Origin: Escherichia phage HK6
Length of the DNA: 64,000 bases
Direction: 5' to 3' (one strand)
Sequence record: PP724615.1
The position numbers and the translations under genes are program-made. Position 1 is the stretch's first letter. Every line of letters begins with the position of its first letter. Positions 25,407 through 34,981 of the stretch are shown piece by piece. The notes beneath the pieces are model-generated. The model saw only the letters and a list, made by a program, of their open reading frames with translations, was not told the origin of the DNA and did not search any database.

Positions 25407-26879
25407 ATGACCTTGTTTAACGTGCAAGCTGTAGTGTTGAAGATGCTTCTCGCTTCCGAACAGAAGCAAATAGCATTGGAAACATTCTCAAAACTGCATA
25501 AAGATCATTTTAATGACGCTTTCTCCTCAATTTACCAAGCCGTCCAGAATTATTATAAAAAATATAACACAATGCCGTCCATTGACGCACTTATGCTTGA
25601 AGCTAATAGGAACGCCCGCCTTTCTCAAGCTCTAGTCGTCTTAGCTAACACTCAAATTCCAGAAGTGAGCATGGAACAGGCACTTGAAGTCCTAGAGGCC
25701 GAATATACACAGGATTTATTCCTGAAGCTTCTAGAAACAGACGTGCTTCAAGATTTAACAATGCTGGATCAGGGAGAAATTCTCAACCGAGTTGCCTCCC
25801 TTCACTTAAAATTAGAAGAGAAAGTAACGAATACTGGAAAAGTATTCAACGCAGATAACATGCGTATTTTCCAGAGAGAAGAAGATACCAAACTGAACTT
25901 AATCGCTCTTGGTATTTGTAATGAGTTCGACGCTCAAATTGGTTTAGCTCGCACAGAAACGTTACTGCTTGGTGGTTGGCGTGGTACTGGTAAATCCATT
26001 ATCTGTTCAAACATACAGGTTCAGCAATATTTGAATGGGGATATTGCTCCATACTTCTCAATTGAGATGAAAGAACATGAAGTATTTAGACGTAATCTAG
26101 CCATGTTAGCTGGTGTATCAGCATTAGCAATGCGTAATAATACTCTAGAAGGTGCAGCTCTATTAAGATTAGCCAGAACTAGAGCTAGAATGTTTAATGG
26201 TGGTGAAGAGCTTTTCGATAACTTCGTTAAACAGTACACAATGGCTAAGATGAGTGATTTCTACGATATGGAGAGTAAACTAATAGAAGGGTATGAGCTA
26301 CATACTCCTATGATTATTGTTTATGACCCTGAGCTGTCTATTACAACAGTTGACGTAGAATTAAATAAATTAGTTGCTAGATATGGAGATAAAGTTACAG
26401 TAGCTTTACTGGACTATATTAACCAAACCCGACTTCCAGATTCTAAAACCATTGATATGTATGACTGGAAAGAACAGATGGTTGTTAGCTCGTCTTTCAA
26501 ATCTATCTGCCAGAAACATAACGTGGCTGGTGTAGCTCCTTACCAGATCGATCAAGATGGTAGAACACGTATGTCAAAGGGGATTCTTGATTCCGCAGAC
26601 ATGGCTGCTAATCTTAATGCTGCAAAAGCTGATAATGGTCAAGGTGCTATTATGTTTGACTTCGTTAAGACTCGTTCTTCTGATAGCGTGAAGTTTATGC
26701 CTAAAATGAACTGGGAAACTCTGCGAATGGATAACACTACCAACCTAGCAATGGAAGATATATCTCAAATGGAAGCTGAGTTCGTTATCCCTATTGAGAA
26801 GGATAAGCCGGCTCAACCTAAACGTGCTAAGAAAGACAAAACTGAAAATTCAACAGGTGAACAGGCCAGCGATATATGA
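25407..26879 (+). CDS. putative replicative helicase (DnaB/RecA-like ATPase)
   Basis: Walker A GGWRGTGKS. Track ORF starts 25356 inside the terminator hairpin; ATG 25407 (MTLFNVQ) after AAAGGAGA is preferred. Confidence 0.5.
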   Translation: MTLFNVQAVVLKMLLASEQKQIALETFSKLHKDHFNDAFSSIYQAVQNYYKKYNTMPSIDALMLEANRNARLSQALVVLANTQIPEVSMEQALEVLEAEYTQDLFLKLLETDVLQDLTMLDQGEILNRVASLHLKLEEKVTNTGKVFNADNMRIFQREEDTKLNLIALGICNEFDAQIGLARTETLLLGGWRGTGKSIICSNIQVQQYLNGDIAPYFSIEMKEHEVFRRNLAMLAGVSALAMRNNTLEGAALLRLARTRARMFNGGEELFDNFVKQYTMAKMSDFYDMESKLIEGYELHTPMIIVYDPELSITTVDVELNKLVARYGDKVTVALLDYINQTRLPDSKTIDMYDWKEQMVVSSSFKSICQKHNVAGVAPYQIDQDGRTRMSKGILDSADMAANLNAAKADNGQGAIMFDFVKTRSSDSVKFMPKMNWETLRMDNTTNLAMEDISQMEAEFVIPIEKDKPAQPKRAKKDKTENSTGEQASDI

Positions 26880-27766
26880 GTAGAATAACAGAACTACTTG
26901 ATCTGAAAGGCATTGAATATAAAGACACAGGTGGGGACATCCTCATCTGTTGTCTCAATCCAGATCATGACGATAAACACCCAAGTTTGCGTATTGATCC
27001 TGAAACAGGTATTATGCACTGCTTGAGTTGTGGCTTCGGTAAAGGTATACCGAGCATTTACCATTATTTTAATGAGACTCAGTACAGACAGTCCCCAAGG
27101 CTATCGCAAGTACGCAAAAAGATTTCAGAGATTAGGAATGGATCAACGAATCTTGCAATTCCTGAATCTGCTTACCTTTTCGAAGGTGATTTCCGAGGTA
27201 TAAGTTCTAAGACCTTGAAGAAATATTTTGCTTTCCAACACCAAGCAGACTGGGAAGGCAGAATTGTATTCCCAATCACAGATGCTGTTGGACGCAATAT
27301 CCTATTTTTGGGTCGTTCTATAAACAGTTCTGCCCCTCCTAAATACTTAGTAAAACCAAAACAAGTTTCACCGCCGATTTTCCCTGTACGATATAATACT
27401 CCAGTGCTTATTCTAGTTGAAGGTATCTTTGATATGCTGAACCTAGAGGATAATGGTATAGACTATGCTTCTTGCTGCTTTGGTACACATCAGTTCACTT
27501 CAGATAACATTGCAGATAAGTTCAGTCCTTATATTATTGCTGGTGTAAAAGTTGTTGTTATCTTACTAGATAATGATGCTTCTGGTAATAAAGCTGCACA
27601 AGCGTTGGCCAAGCTAATTCGTACAAAAACGCGTTTAACACCTGTAGTTGCTAACTTTCTCCTACCTGAAGGCAAAGATCCAGGTGAGTTAAACAAAGAT
27701 GAAATTGATATGTTAGCAAAACGTATTGAAATTTTAGTTGCTGAATCGCTTAAAGATTTGGTATAA
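26876..27766 (+). CDS. DnaG-like DNA primase
   Basis: Zinc-binding CLNPDHDDKHPS...HCLSCGF, TOPRIM-like LILVEGIFDM and LLDNDASG. Confidence 0.7.
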   Translation: MSRITELLDLKGIEYKDTGGDILICCLNPDHDDKHPSLRIDPETGIMHCLSCGFGKGIPSIYHYFNETQYRQSPRLSQVRKKISEIRNGSTNLAIPESAYLFEGDFRGISSKTLKKYFAFQHQADWEGRIVFPITDAVGRNILFLGRSINSSAPPKYLVKPKQVSPPIFPVRYNTPVLILVEGIFDMLNLEDNGIDYASCCFGTHQFTSDNIADKFSPYIIAGVKVVVILLDNDASGNKAAQALAKLIRTKTRLTPVVANFLLPEGKDPGELNKDEIDMLAKRIEILVAESLKDLV

Positions 27767-27828
27767 TATATTGGTAAGTTAGAGAAGAAACACTGAAGTT
27801 ATACTTACTTACCAAGAGGAGATTAAAT

Positions 27829-30396
27829 TTGAAAATCGCAGTAGTTGATAAAGCTCTAAATAACACTCGTTATGATAAACATTTCCAGCTATACGGCGAG
27901 GAAGTTGATGTATTCCATATGTGTAACGAGAAGTTATCTGGTCGTTTGCTTAAAAAGCACATTACTATTGGAACACCAGAAAACCCATTTGATCCGAATG
28001 ATTATGATTTTGTTATACTAGTAGGTGCTGAACCTTTCCTGTATTTCGCAGGTAAGAAAGGCATTGGTGACTATACTGGTAAACGTGTAGAGTATAATGG
28101 ATATGCTAACTGGATTGCGAGTATCAGCCCAGCCCAGTTACACTTTAAACCTGAAATGAAACCAGTTTTTGATGCAACAGTAGAGAATATCCACGATATT
28201 ATCAATGGTCGTGAGAAGATTGCAAAAGCTGGTGATTACCGTCCTATTACTGACCCTGACGAGGCGGAAGAATATATCAAGATGGTGTATAATATGGTTA
28301 TCGGACCTGTAGCATTCGACTCCGAAACCTCAGCACTATACTGTCGAGATGGTTATCTGCTTGGTGTTTCTATGTCTCACCAAGAGTATCAGGGTGTGTA
28401 TATCGATTCTGATTGCCTCACAGAGGTTGCAGTATATTATCTCCAGAAAATTCTGGATAGTGAAAATCACACTATTGTTTTTCACAACCTGAAGTTTGAT
28501 ATGCACTTTTATAAGTACCATCTGGGACTTACTTTTGACAAAGCACATAAAGAACGCAGGCTCCATGATACCATGTTGCAGCATTATGTTCTGGATGAGC
28601 GTCGTGGTACTCATGGCTTGAAATCTCTAGCAATGAAGTATACCGATATGGGTGACTATGACTTTGAACTAGATAAGTTCAAGGAGGATTACTGCAAAGC
28701 ACATAAAATCAAGAAAGAAGATTTCACTTATGATTTAATTCCGTTTGATATTATGTGGCCTTACGCTGCAAAAGATACCGATGCCACCATACGTTTGCAC
28801 AATTTCTTCTTACCAAAAATTGAGAAGAATGAAAAACTTTGCAGTCTGTATTATGATGTTCTAATGCCTGGTTGTGTATTTCTCCAGCGTGTTGAGGATC
28901 GTGGTGTACCAATTTCTATTGATCGCTTGAAAGAAGCTCAGTATCAGTTAACTCATAATCTGAATAAAGCTCGTGAGAAGCTGTATACTTATCCAGAAGT
29001 CGTTCAGCTAGAGAAAGATCAGAACGAAGCGTTTAACCCAAACTCTGTTAAACAACTCCGTGTTCTTCTGTTTGATTATGTTGGCTTAACTCCAACAGGT
29101 AAATTGACGGATACTGGAGCAGACTCTACAGATGCAGAGGCTTTGAACGAATTGTCTACGCAGCATCCAATTGCTAAGACTCTACTAGAAATTCGTAAGC
29201 TGACTAAGCTGATCTCTACTTATGTTGAGAAGATTCTTCTGAGTATTGATGCAGATGGTTGCATTCGTACTGGCTTCCATGAACACATGACTACTTCTGG
29301 TCGTCTGAGTTCTTCTGGTAAACTGAACCTGCAACAGTTACCTCGTGATGAATCTATTATCAAGGGTTGTGTAGTAGCTCCTCCCGGGTATCGTGTAATC
29401 GCATGGGACTTAACAACTGCGGAAGTTTATTATGCTGCTGTTCTATCTGGTGATAGAAATATGCAACAGGTATTTATCAACATGAGAAATGAACCTGATA
29501 AATACCCTGACTTCCACTCTAACATCGCACACATGGTATTTAAGCTCCAATGCGAACCTCGTGATGTTAAAAAGTTGTTCCCAGCTCTGCGTCAGGCTGC
29601 TAAGGCAATTACCTTTGGTATTTTGTATGGTTCTGGCCCGGCTAAAGTAGCTCATTCTGTTAATGAAGCTCTTCTGGAACAAGCTGCTAAGACAGGCGAA
29701 CCGTTTGTAGAATGTACTGTTGCAGATGCTAAAGAGTACATTGAAACTTATTTCGGTCAGTTCCCGCAGCTTAAGCGTTGGATTGATAAGTGCCACGATC
29801 AAATCAAGAATCATGGGTTTATCTATAGTCACTTTGGGCGTAAACGTCGTCTGCATAATATCCACTCCGAAGACCGTGGTGTTCAGGGTGAAGAAATTCG
29901 TTCTGGATTTAACGCAATCATTCAGTCTGCTTCCTCTGATAGCCTCCTTTTAGGTGCTGTAGATGCAGATAATGAGATCATTTCTCTTGGCCTAGAACAA
30001 GAGATGAAGATTGTTATGCTGGTTCATGACTCCGTAGTTGCTATTGTTCGTGAGGATTTGATTGATCAATACAATGAAATCCTGATTCGTAATATCCAAA
30101 AAGACCGTGGTATCAGTATTCCTGGCTGTCCGATTGGTATTGATTCTGATTCTGAAGCTGGAGGTTCTCGTGACTACTCTTGTGGTAAGATGAAGAAGCA
30201 GCATCCATCAATCGCTTGTATTGATGATGATGAATATACTCGTTATGTCAAGGGTGTATTACTTGACGCAGAATTCGAGTATAAGAAACTAGCTGCAATG
30301 GATAAAGAGCATCCAGATCATAGCAAATACAAGGATGATAAGTTTATTGCTGTATGTAAAGATTTGGATAACGTGAGAAGGATTCTCGGTGCTTGA
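27829..30396 (+). CDS. DNA polymerase (family A, with 3'-5' exonuclease domain)
   Basis: 855 aa (same length as T5 DNA polymerase, from memory); exo motif FDSETSALY, Pol A motifs RQAAKAITFGILYG and MLVHDS. Confidence 0.9.
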   Translation: MKIAVVDKALNNTRYDKHFQLYGEEVDVFHMCNEKLSGRLLKKHITIGTPENPFDPNDYDFVILVGAEPFLYFAGKKGIGDYTGKRVEYNGYANWIASISPAQLHFKPEMKPVFDATVENIHDIINGREKIAKAGDYRPITDPDEAEEYIKMVYNMVIGPVAFDSETSALYCRDGYLLGVSMSHQEYQGVYIDSDCLTEVAVYYLQKILDSENHTIVFHNLKFDMHFYKYHLGLTFDKAHKERRLHDTMLQHYVLDERRGTHGLKSLAMKYTDMGDYDFELDKFKEDYCKAHKIKKEDFTYDLIPFDIMWPYAAKDTDATIRLHNFFLPKIEKNEKLCSLYYDVLMPGCVFLQRVEDRGVPISIDRLKEAQYQLTHNLNKAREKLYTYPEVVQLEKDQNEAFNPNSVKQLRVLLFDYVGLTPTGKLTDTGADSTDAEALNELSTQHPIAKTLLEIRKLTKLISTYVEKILLSIDADGCIRTGFHEHMTTSGRLSSSGKLNLQQLPRDESIIKGCVVAPPGYRVIAWDLTTAEVYYAAVLSGDRNMQQVFINMRNEPDKYPDFHSNIAHMVFKLQCEPRDVKKLFPALRQAAKAITFGILYGSGPAKVAHSVNEALLEQAAKTGEPFVECTVADAKEYIETYFGQFPQLKRWIDKCHDQIKNHGFIYSHFGRKRRLHNIHSEDRGVQGEEIRSGFNAIIQSASSDSLLLGAVDADNEIISLGLEQEMKIVMLVHDSVVAIVREDLIDQYNEILIRNIQKDRGISIPGCPIGIDSDSEAGGSRDYSCGKMKKQHPSIACIDDDEYTRYVKGVLLDAEFEYKKLAAMDKEHPDHSKYKDDKFIAVCKDLDNVRRILGA

Positions 30397-30886
30397 TTTC
30401 AAATTGCCCGTATATGCTTTACGGGCGTTTGTATCAATTGAGCAAGAAGGTGATTATTCCGTAATTACAACAAGGTATAATAAATACGTGCTAGATAACA
30501 GGAAGTTGCCTGGCACTTTTTCTCAACGTAGGCTTATTCTATTTGAGAAACGGAAAGAATTACCATACAAGCTCTATCCTATTAGAGGTAGAATATCAAT
30601 GTTGTCTCAATTAGTTGGGTCAAAGCGTAGCCAATTTATAGATTCTGATGGAAATCTTATTAACTGGAAGAAAACTACGTTCTATGATGTTGTCACCTCT
30701 AAAGTTTTGCATTCAGCTAGAATTTATAACGGAAAATACCAATGCTATGTAGCTAAAGTTCCATACCCATTTGTATTATCCTATGTTCCAGCTTATATAA
30801 GCTATATTCTGGTAAATAATAGCCCTGTTATTTATCAAGTCCATCAAGAGGAGCCTGAAATTCCTAGACTTAGAATAAAATTATGA
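30389..30886 (+). CDS. hypothetical protein
   Basis: 165-aa ORF between polymerase and helicase with coupled overlaps. Confidence 0.4.
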   Translation: MLDFKLPVYALRAFVSIEQEGDYSVITTRYNKYVLDNRKLPGTFSQRRLILFEKRKELPYKLYPIRGRISMLSQLVGSKRSQFIDSDGNLINWKKTTFYDVVTSKVLHSARIYNGKYQCYVAKVPYPFVLSYVPAYISYILVNNSPVIYQVHQEEPEIPRLRIKL

Positions 30887-32235
30887 AGGTTGTCATATCT
30901 AATAAAGCATATTTCAAGCCCGATGATGAACTTTGGGATTATTGTAGTAAGCAAACCACTTATCACATTGAGACAATGACTAGTAAATACCCTATTATGT
31001 ATAAGAATAGTGGTGTTGTTGCCAAAGAGATTAAGTGGATTCCTATTACGCGTCTGGACTTACTAGACGCTAAAGGAGTAAAATACGAATTAGTCGATAA
31101 ACGTACATTAGCTCCGGTAGATATACCAAAACCTAAGTTCAAACTGCGTGAAGAAGACCAGCTCCCAATATATGAAGAGTGTGATGATACCTGTATTATT
31201 AATGGTAAGCCCGGATTCGGTAAAACTATCCTAGCCCTTGCACTTGCGTATAAATTTGGCCAAAAAACTCTGGTAATATGTACGAATACATCCATTCGTG
31301 AGATGTGGGCAGCAGAAGTTCGTAAATGGTTTGGGTTTGAGCCTGGTATCATAGGTTCTGGGAAATATAACATTGATCCACCAATTGTGGTCAGTAATAT
31401 TCAAACAGTGAATAAACATGCGAATAATCTTTCTAAAGTATTCGGTACTGTTATAGTTGATGAGGTTCACCATTGTGTGGCTACAACTTTCACTAACTTC
31501 CTAGAAATATCATGTGCTCGCTATAAGATTGGGCTATCTGGAACATTAAAACGTAAAGACGGTCTACAAGTTATGTTCAAAGATTTCTTTGGATATAAGA
31601 TCTTTAGCCCACCGGTTAATAATACTGTTGCACCTACAATCCATAGATACTCCGTACCTGTTGAGTTATCAGGGAACCAAAACGTACCATGGGCATTACG
31701 TGCTAACGATGTATATAATCATCCTGAATATCGAGAGACTATTATAAATCTAGCACATCTATACGTGAATATGGGGCATAAAGTACTCATTGTAAGCGAT
31801 AGAACAGAGTTAATCCAAACAGTACTAGAAGCTCTTGCACAGCGTGGTGTTACAACATATGAAATTATAGGGGCAACCCACTTAGATGATCGATTAAAAA
31901 TTCAGGAAGATATAGCAAAAGGTGGACCTTGTGTACTTGCAGCAGCTCAAAGTATCTTCTCTGAAGGTATTTCTCTTAATGAGTTGTCCTGTTTAATAAT
32001 GGGAAGTCTCATTAATAATGAGTCTCTCATTGAACAGCTTGCAGGTCGTGTTCAACGTATTGTCGATGGTAAACTCGACCCTATTGTTGTAGATCTAATT
32101 ATGAAAGGGGGCACTGGACTAAGACAGGCTTCTGGACGTATGGCAGTATATCGTAACAACGGGTGGAAAACTATTACCATGACTCCGGAGAAAGCAGTTC
32201 AATTAGCTAAAATTGCATTTGGCAACAGCTCATAA
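30883..32235 (+). CDS. SF2 DNA helicase
   Basis: Walker A NGKPGFGKT, DEVHH box, SGT motif. Confidence 0.7.
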   Translation: MKVVISNKAYFKPDDELWDYCSKQTTYHIETMTSKYPIMYKNSGVVAKEIKWIPITRLDLLDAKGVKYELVDKRTLAPVDIPKPKFKLREEDQLPIYEECDDTCIINGKPGFGKTILALALAYKFGQKTLVICTNTSIREMWAAEVRKWFGFEPGIIGSGKYNIDPPIVVSNIQTVNKHANNLSKVFGTVIVDEVHHCVATTFTNFLEISCARYKIGLSGTLKRKDGLQVMFKDFFGYKIFSPPVNNTVAPTIHRYSVPVELSGNQNVPWALRANDVYNHPEYRETIINLAHLYVNMGHKVLIVSDRTELIQTVLEALAQRGVTTYEIIGATHLDDRLKIQEDIAKGGPCVLAAAQSIFSEGISLNELSCLIMGSLINNESLIEQLAGRVQRIVDGKLDPIVVDLIMKGGTGLRQASGRMAVYRNNGWKTITMTPEKAVQLAKIAFGNSS

Positions 32236-32318
32236 ATGATGTATAATATATACATAAATTTGAGAGAGAAAGTTTCGGATTGATAAGAAAGTCCGAAGCA
32301 GAAAAATAAAAATTTTAG

Positions 32319-32349
32319 TTGCTAAATTCTCTCGAAATCTAGTATAATA
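32319..32349 (+). promoter_or_regulatory. sigma70-type promoter
   Basis: TTGCTA, 19 bp, TATAAT then ATATACATAAATTCGAGGAGAA; near-identical box with weaker -35 at 32220-32262. Confidence 0.5.
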
Positions 32350-32455
32350 TATACATAAATTCGAGGAGAAAACAAAAATTAAATTCTTCGATTATGAAAA
32401 GCTATACTTACTAGCTAGAGGAAATTCCGACCTAATTATTAAGCTATTCAAAAGA

Positions 32456-32740
32456 ATGCTTACAGAGCCTGATGCTCACCAATTATTGGTCGGTTCCTCA
32501 TTCATTTTGAATGAATCAACAATAGTTGATAATCCAAATAAATTGTCTAATAGACAACTGGCAGAATATCTAGGAATTTTAAGTCTACGAAATTATGCCG
32601 AATACAAGTTTACAAACGATCCTAGTTTGGACATACAATATGTTCCAGTATGGATACCACGTTTAGTAATCGACACTAACCCACTAATCGCAATTAACAA
32701 ATCGAAATTAATCTTTAAAGAGGAAATAAAATATGGCTAA
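32456..32740 (+). CDS. hypothetical protein
   Basis: 94-aa ORF. Confidence 0.35.
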   Translation: MLTEPDAHQLLVGSSFILNESTIVDNPNKLSNRQLAEYLGILSLRNYAEYKFTNDPSLDIQYVPVWIPRLVIDTNPLIAINKSKLIFKEEIKYG

Positions 32741-33506
32741 GTCTTGGGGCGAAACTACTGGCGGTTCTAACGATAAAATCGAATTCCTGAAGTTCAACAA
32801 CGGTATCACTCGTGTTCGTATCGTTTCTGGTGTTCTTCCACGTTATGTTTATTGGCTGACTAATAAAGATGGTAACGCAGCTCCTTTCGAATGTCTCCGT
32901 TTTAACCGTGACAAAGAGAGTTTTGTTCGTGGTAAAGCTGATCCGGTTCATGAGATGGGCTTCTTCGAGAAAGAGCTGGATAAAGATGGTAATCGTGTTC
33001 CGCTGAAACCGAAGAAAAACTATATCGCTTTTGTTATCGACCGTTCTGATAACAAACTGAAGGTAATGGAAGTCAAGGCTACTATTCTGAAAGGCATCCA
33101 GTCTATCATGAAGCAGTTGAGCCTGGCAACTCCGTTTGATATTGATATTTCTATCGAGAAAAAAGGTAAAGGTTTCGATACTGAGTATGATGTACAGCAG
33201 ATTGCTGCTATGCAGTTCCAGATTAAGCTGCAAGATCCTAACAGTGCGGAATCTAAGCAATATGTTGCGGATGTAGATCTGATCGGTGAAGCTATGTGTG
33301 ACGAAGATGGCGACATCATTAAGTTCGAAAAAGTTCCTTCTCTGGAACAAACCTATCCGGTTCCTACCTATGAAGAGCAGAAAGAAGCAATCCAAGCCTT
33401 CATGGAAGGTCGTGAGAATAAAGATGATGATGCCAAATCTGGTAATAGCAATGCAGGCTCCCAGAAAGGTATTGACTCAGAAGCTGCAAGCGATCTAGAC
33501 GACTAA
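32733..33506 (+). CDS. abundant DNA-binding protein with acidic C-terminal tail (D5/SSB-like)
   Basis: 257 aa; host-optimal codons; C-terminus DSEAASDLDD resembles acidic tails of phage SSBs; terminator directly downstream. Confidence 0.5.
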   Translation: MAKSWGETTGGSNDKIEFLKFNNGITRVRIVSGVLPRYVYWLTNKDGNAAPFECLRFNRDKESFVRGKADPVHEMGFFEKELDKDGNRVPLKPKKNYIAFVIDRSDNKLKVMEVKATILKGIQSIMKQLSLATPFDIDISIEKKGKGFDTEYDVQQIAAMQFQIKLQDPNSAESKQYVADVDLIGEAMCDEDGDIIKFEKVPSLEQTYPVPTYEEQKEAIQAFMEGRENKDDDAKSGNSNAGSQKGIDSEAASDLDD

Positions 33507-33513
33507 TAAATAG

Positions 33514-33535
33514 AGGGGCTTCGGCCCCTTTTCTT
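33514..33535 (+). terminator. rho-independent terminator
   Basis: AGGGGC-TTCG-GCCCCT followed by TTTTCTTAT. Confidence 0.65.
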
Positions 33536-33543
33536 ATATCTTT

Positions 33544-34020
33544 ATGATTACACAAGATAGACTTAAAGAGCTATTGGACTATGATCCTCTAACCGGTATA
33601 TTTAGATGGAAAGTCTCAAGAGGAAGAGTATCAAAAGGATTCATAGCAGGGACGGAAGTATGGGTATCTGATAACTATATCAGATTGGAAATCCGAATTG
33701 ATGGTAAAAGGTATAAAGCACATCAACTAGCTTTCTTATACGTGTATGGATACATTCCAGAAGAAATTGACCATAAGGATAGGAATCCATTAAATAATGC
33801 CATAGATAATTTACTAGACTCTTCTAAGTCACGCAATCAGTTGAATAGAAACAAGAATAGTAATAAAGAATTACCAAAAGGTGTTTTCTTAAAACATTCA
33901 ACTGGTAGATATTTTGTTCAAATTAAAGGTAAGCATTATGGATATACAGATTCCATATATGAAGCAGAGACTGTAGCAAATGCAGTATATGATAGTCTAT
34001 TAAGTGAAAATACTATTTAG
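33544..34020 (+). CDS. HNH homing endonuclease with AP2-like DNA-binding domain
   Basis: HNH core HQLAFLYVYGYIPEEIDHKDRNPLNNAIDNL and AP2-like KGVFLKHSTGRYFVQIKGKHYGYTDSIYEAE. Confidence 0.65.
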   Translation: MITQDRLKELLDYDPLTGIFRWKVSRGRVSKGFIAGTEVWVSDNYIRLEIRIDGKRYKAHQLAFLYVYGYIPEEIDHKDRNPLNNAIDNLLDSSKSRNQLNRNKNSNKELPKGVFLKHSTGRYFVQIKGKHYGYTDSIYEAETVANAVYDSLLSENTI

Positions 34021-34981
34021 TGCTGATCATCATATTAAGCTGGGCCAAGATAAGATACCAAAAGAATGGCAGAAGCGTCGCTTCCTGATGCTAGGAGAAC
34101 GGTTAAATGATATATTCCATAGTCATAACTGTGATCTTCATATTGCTGGTGGTGATATACTTGATGTTGCCGACCCGTCGTCAGAAGAAATAGAACTGCT
34201 TGAACAGTTCATGTCAAGACTTGACCATCCAGGCAAAATCTTTACTGGAAATCATGAAATGTTAACGAAAACCATTTCATGCCTATATCATTATGCAGGA
34301 GTTATTAATAAAGTAACGAGTGGGAAGTGGGAAGTAATTACCAAACCATATCGTTCCCCTGAGTTTGATATTGTTCCATATGACGAAATCCATAAATCCA
34401 AATGGAAACCATCTGAATCAAAACTATGTTTCACACATGTTCGTGGTGAAATACCTCCACATGTAAAACCAGAAATTGATCTAACTAAGTACAACTGTTA
34501 TGATACTGTAATTGCTGGCGATTTACATTCTTATACTAATAGCCAGACTATCGGATCCACTAGACTTCTCTACCCAGGGTCTCCATTAACTACATCGTTT
34601 CATAGAGAACGCACAAAAGGTACAAATGGTTGCTTTATCATTGATACCGACACATTAAAAGTAGAATGGATTGAACTCGGTGATTTACCACAACTGATTC
34701 GTAAAACAATCGGAGCGGGTGAAGAGATGGAACCTAGTGATTATGATCGTGTAGTCTATGAAGTTACTGGTGACGTTGTTCAATTAAAGTCTATTAAAGA
34801 CTCTGATTTATTAGATAAGAAGATTAACCATCGAGTTACTAAAGATGCTAAGTTAAATCTTGTTGATCTTGATATGTTAGGTGAACTTGAACTTTACTTC
34901 CGTGAAGTCGAGAAGCTATCTCAAGGAGACATTGATAGAATCTTAGCTAGAGCTGCGAAATATGTCAAAGATTACAATTAA
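34004..34981 (+). CDS. SbcD/Mre11-like nuclease
   Basis: Calcineurin-like phosphoesterase motifs ADHH, GGDILD, GNHE, HVRG; followed by SbcC-like gene. Confidence 0.7.
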   Translation: MKILFSADHHIKLGQDKIPKEWQKRRFLMLGERLNDIFHSHNCDLHIAGGDILDVADPSSEEIELLEQFMSRLDHPGKIFTGNHEMLTKTISCLYHYAGVINKVTSGKWEVITKPYRSPEFDIVPYDEIHKSKWKPSESKLCFTHVRGEIPPHVKPEIDLTKYNCYDTVIAGDLHSYTNSQTIGSTRLLYPGSPLTTSFHRERTKGTNGCFIIDTDTLKVEWIELGDLPQLIRKTIGAGEEMEPSDYDRVVYEVTGDVVQLKSIKDSDLLDKKINHRVTKDAKLNLVDLDMLGELELYFREVEKLSQGDIDRILARAAKYVKDYN

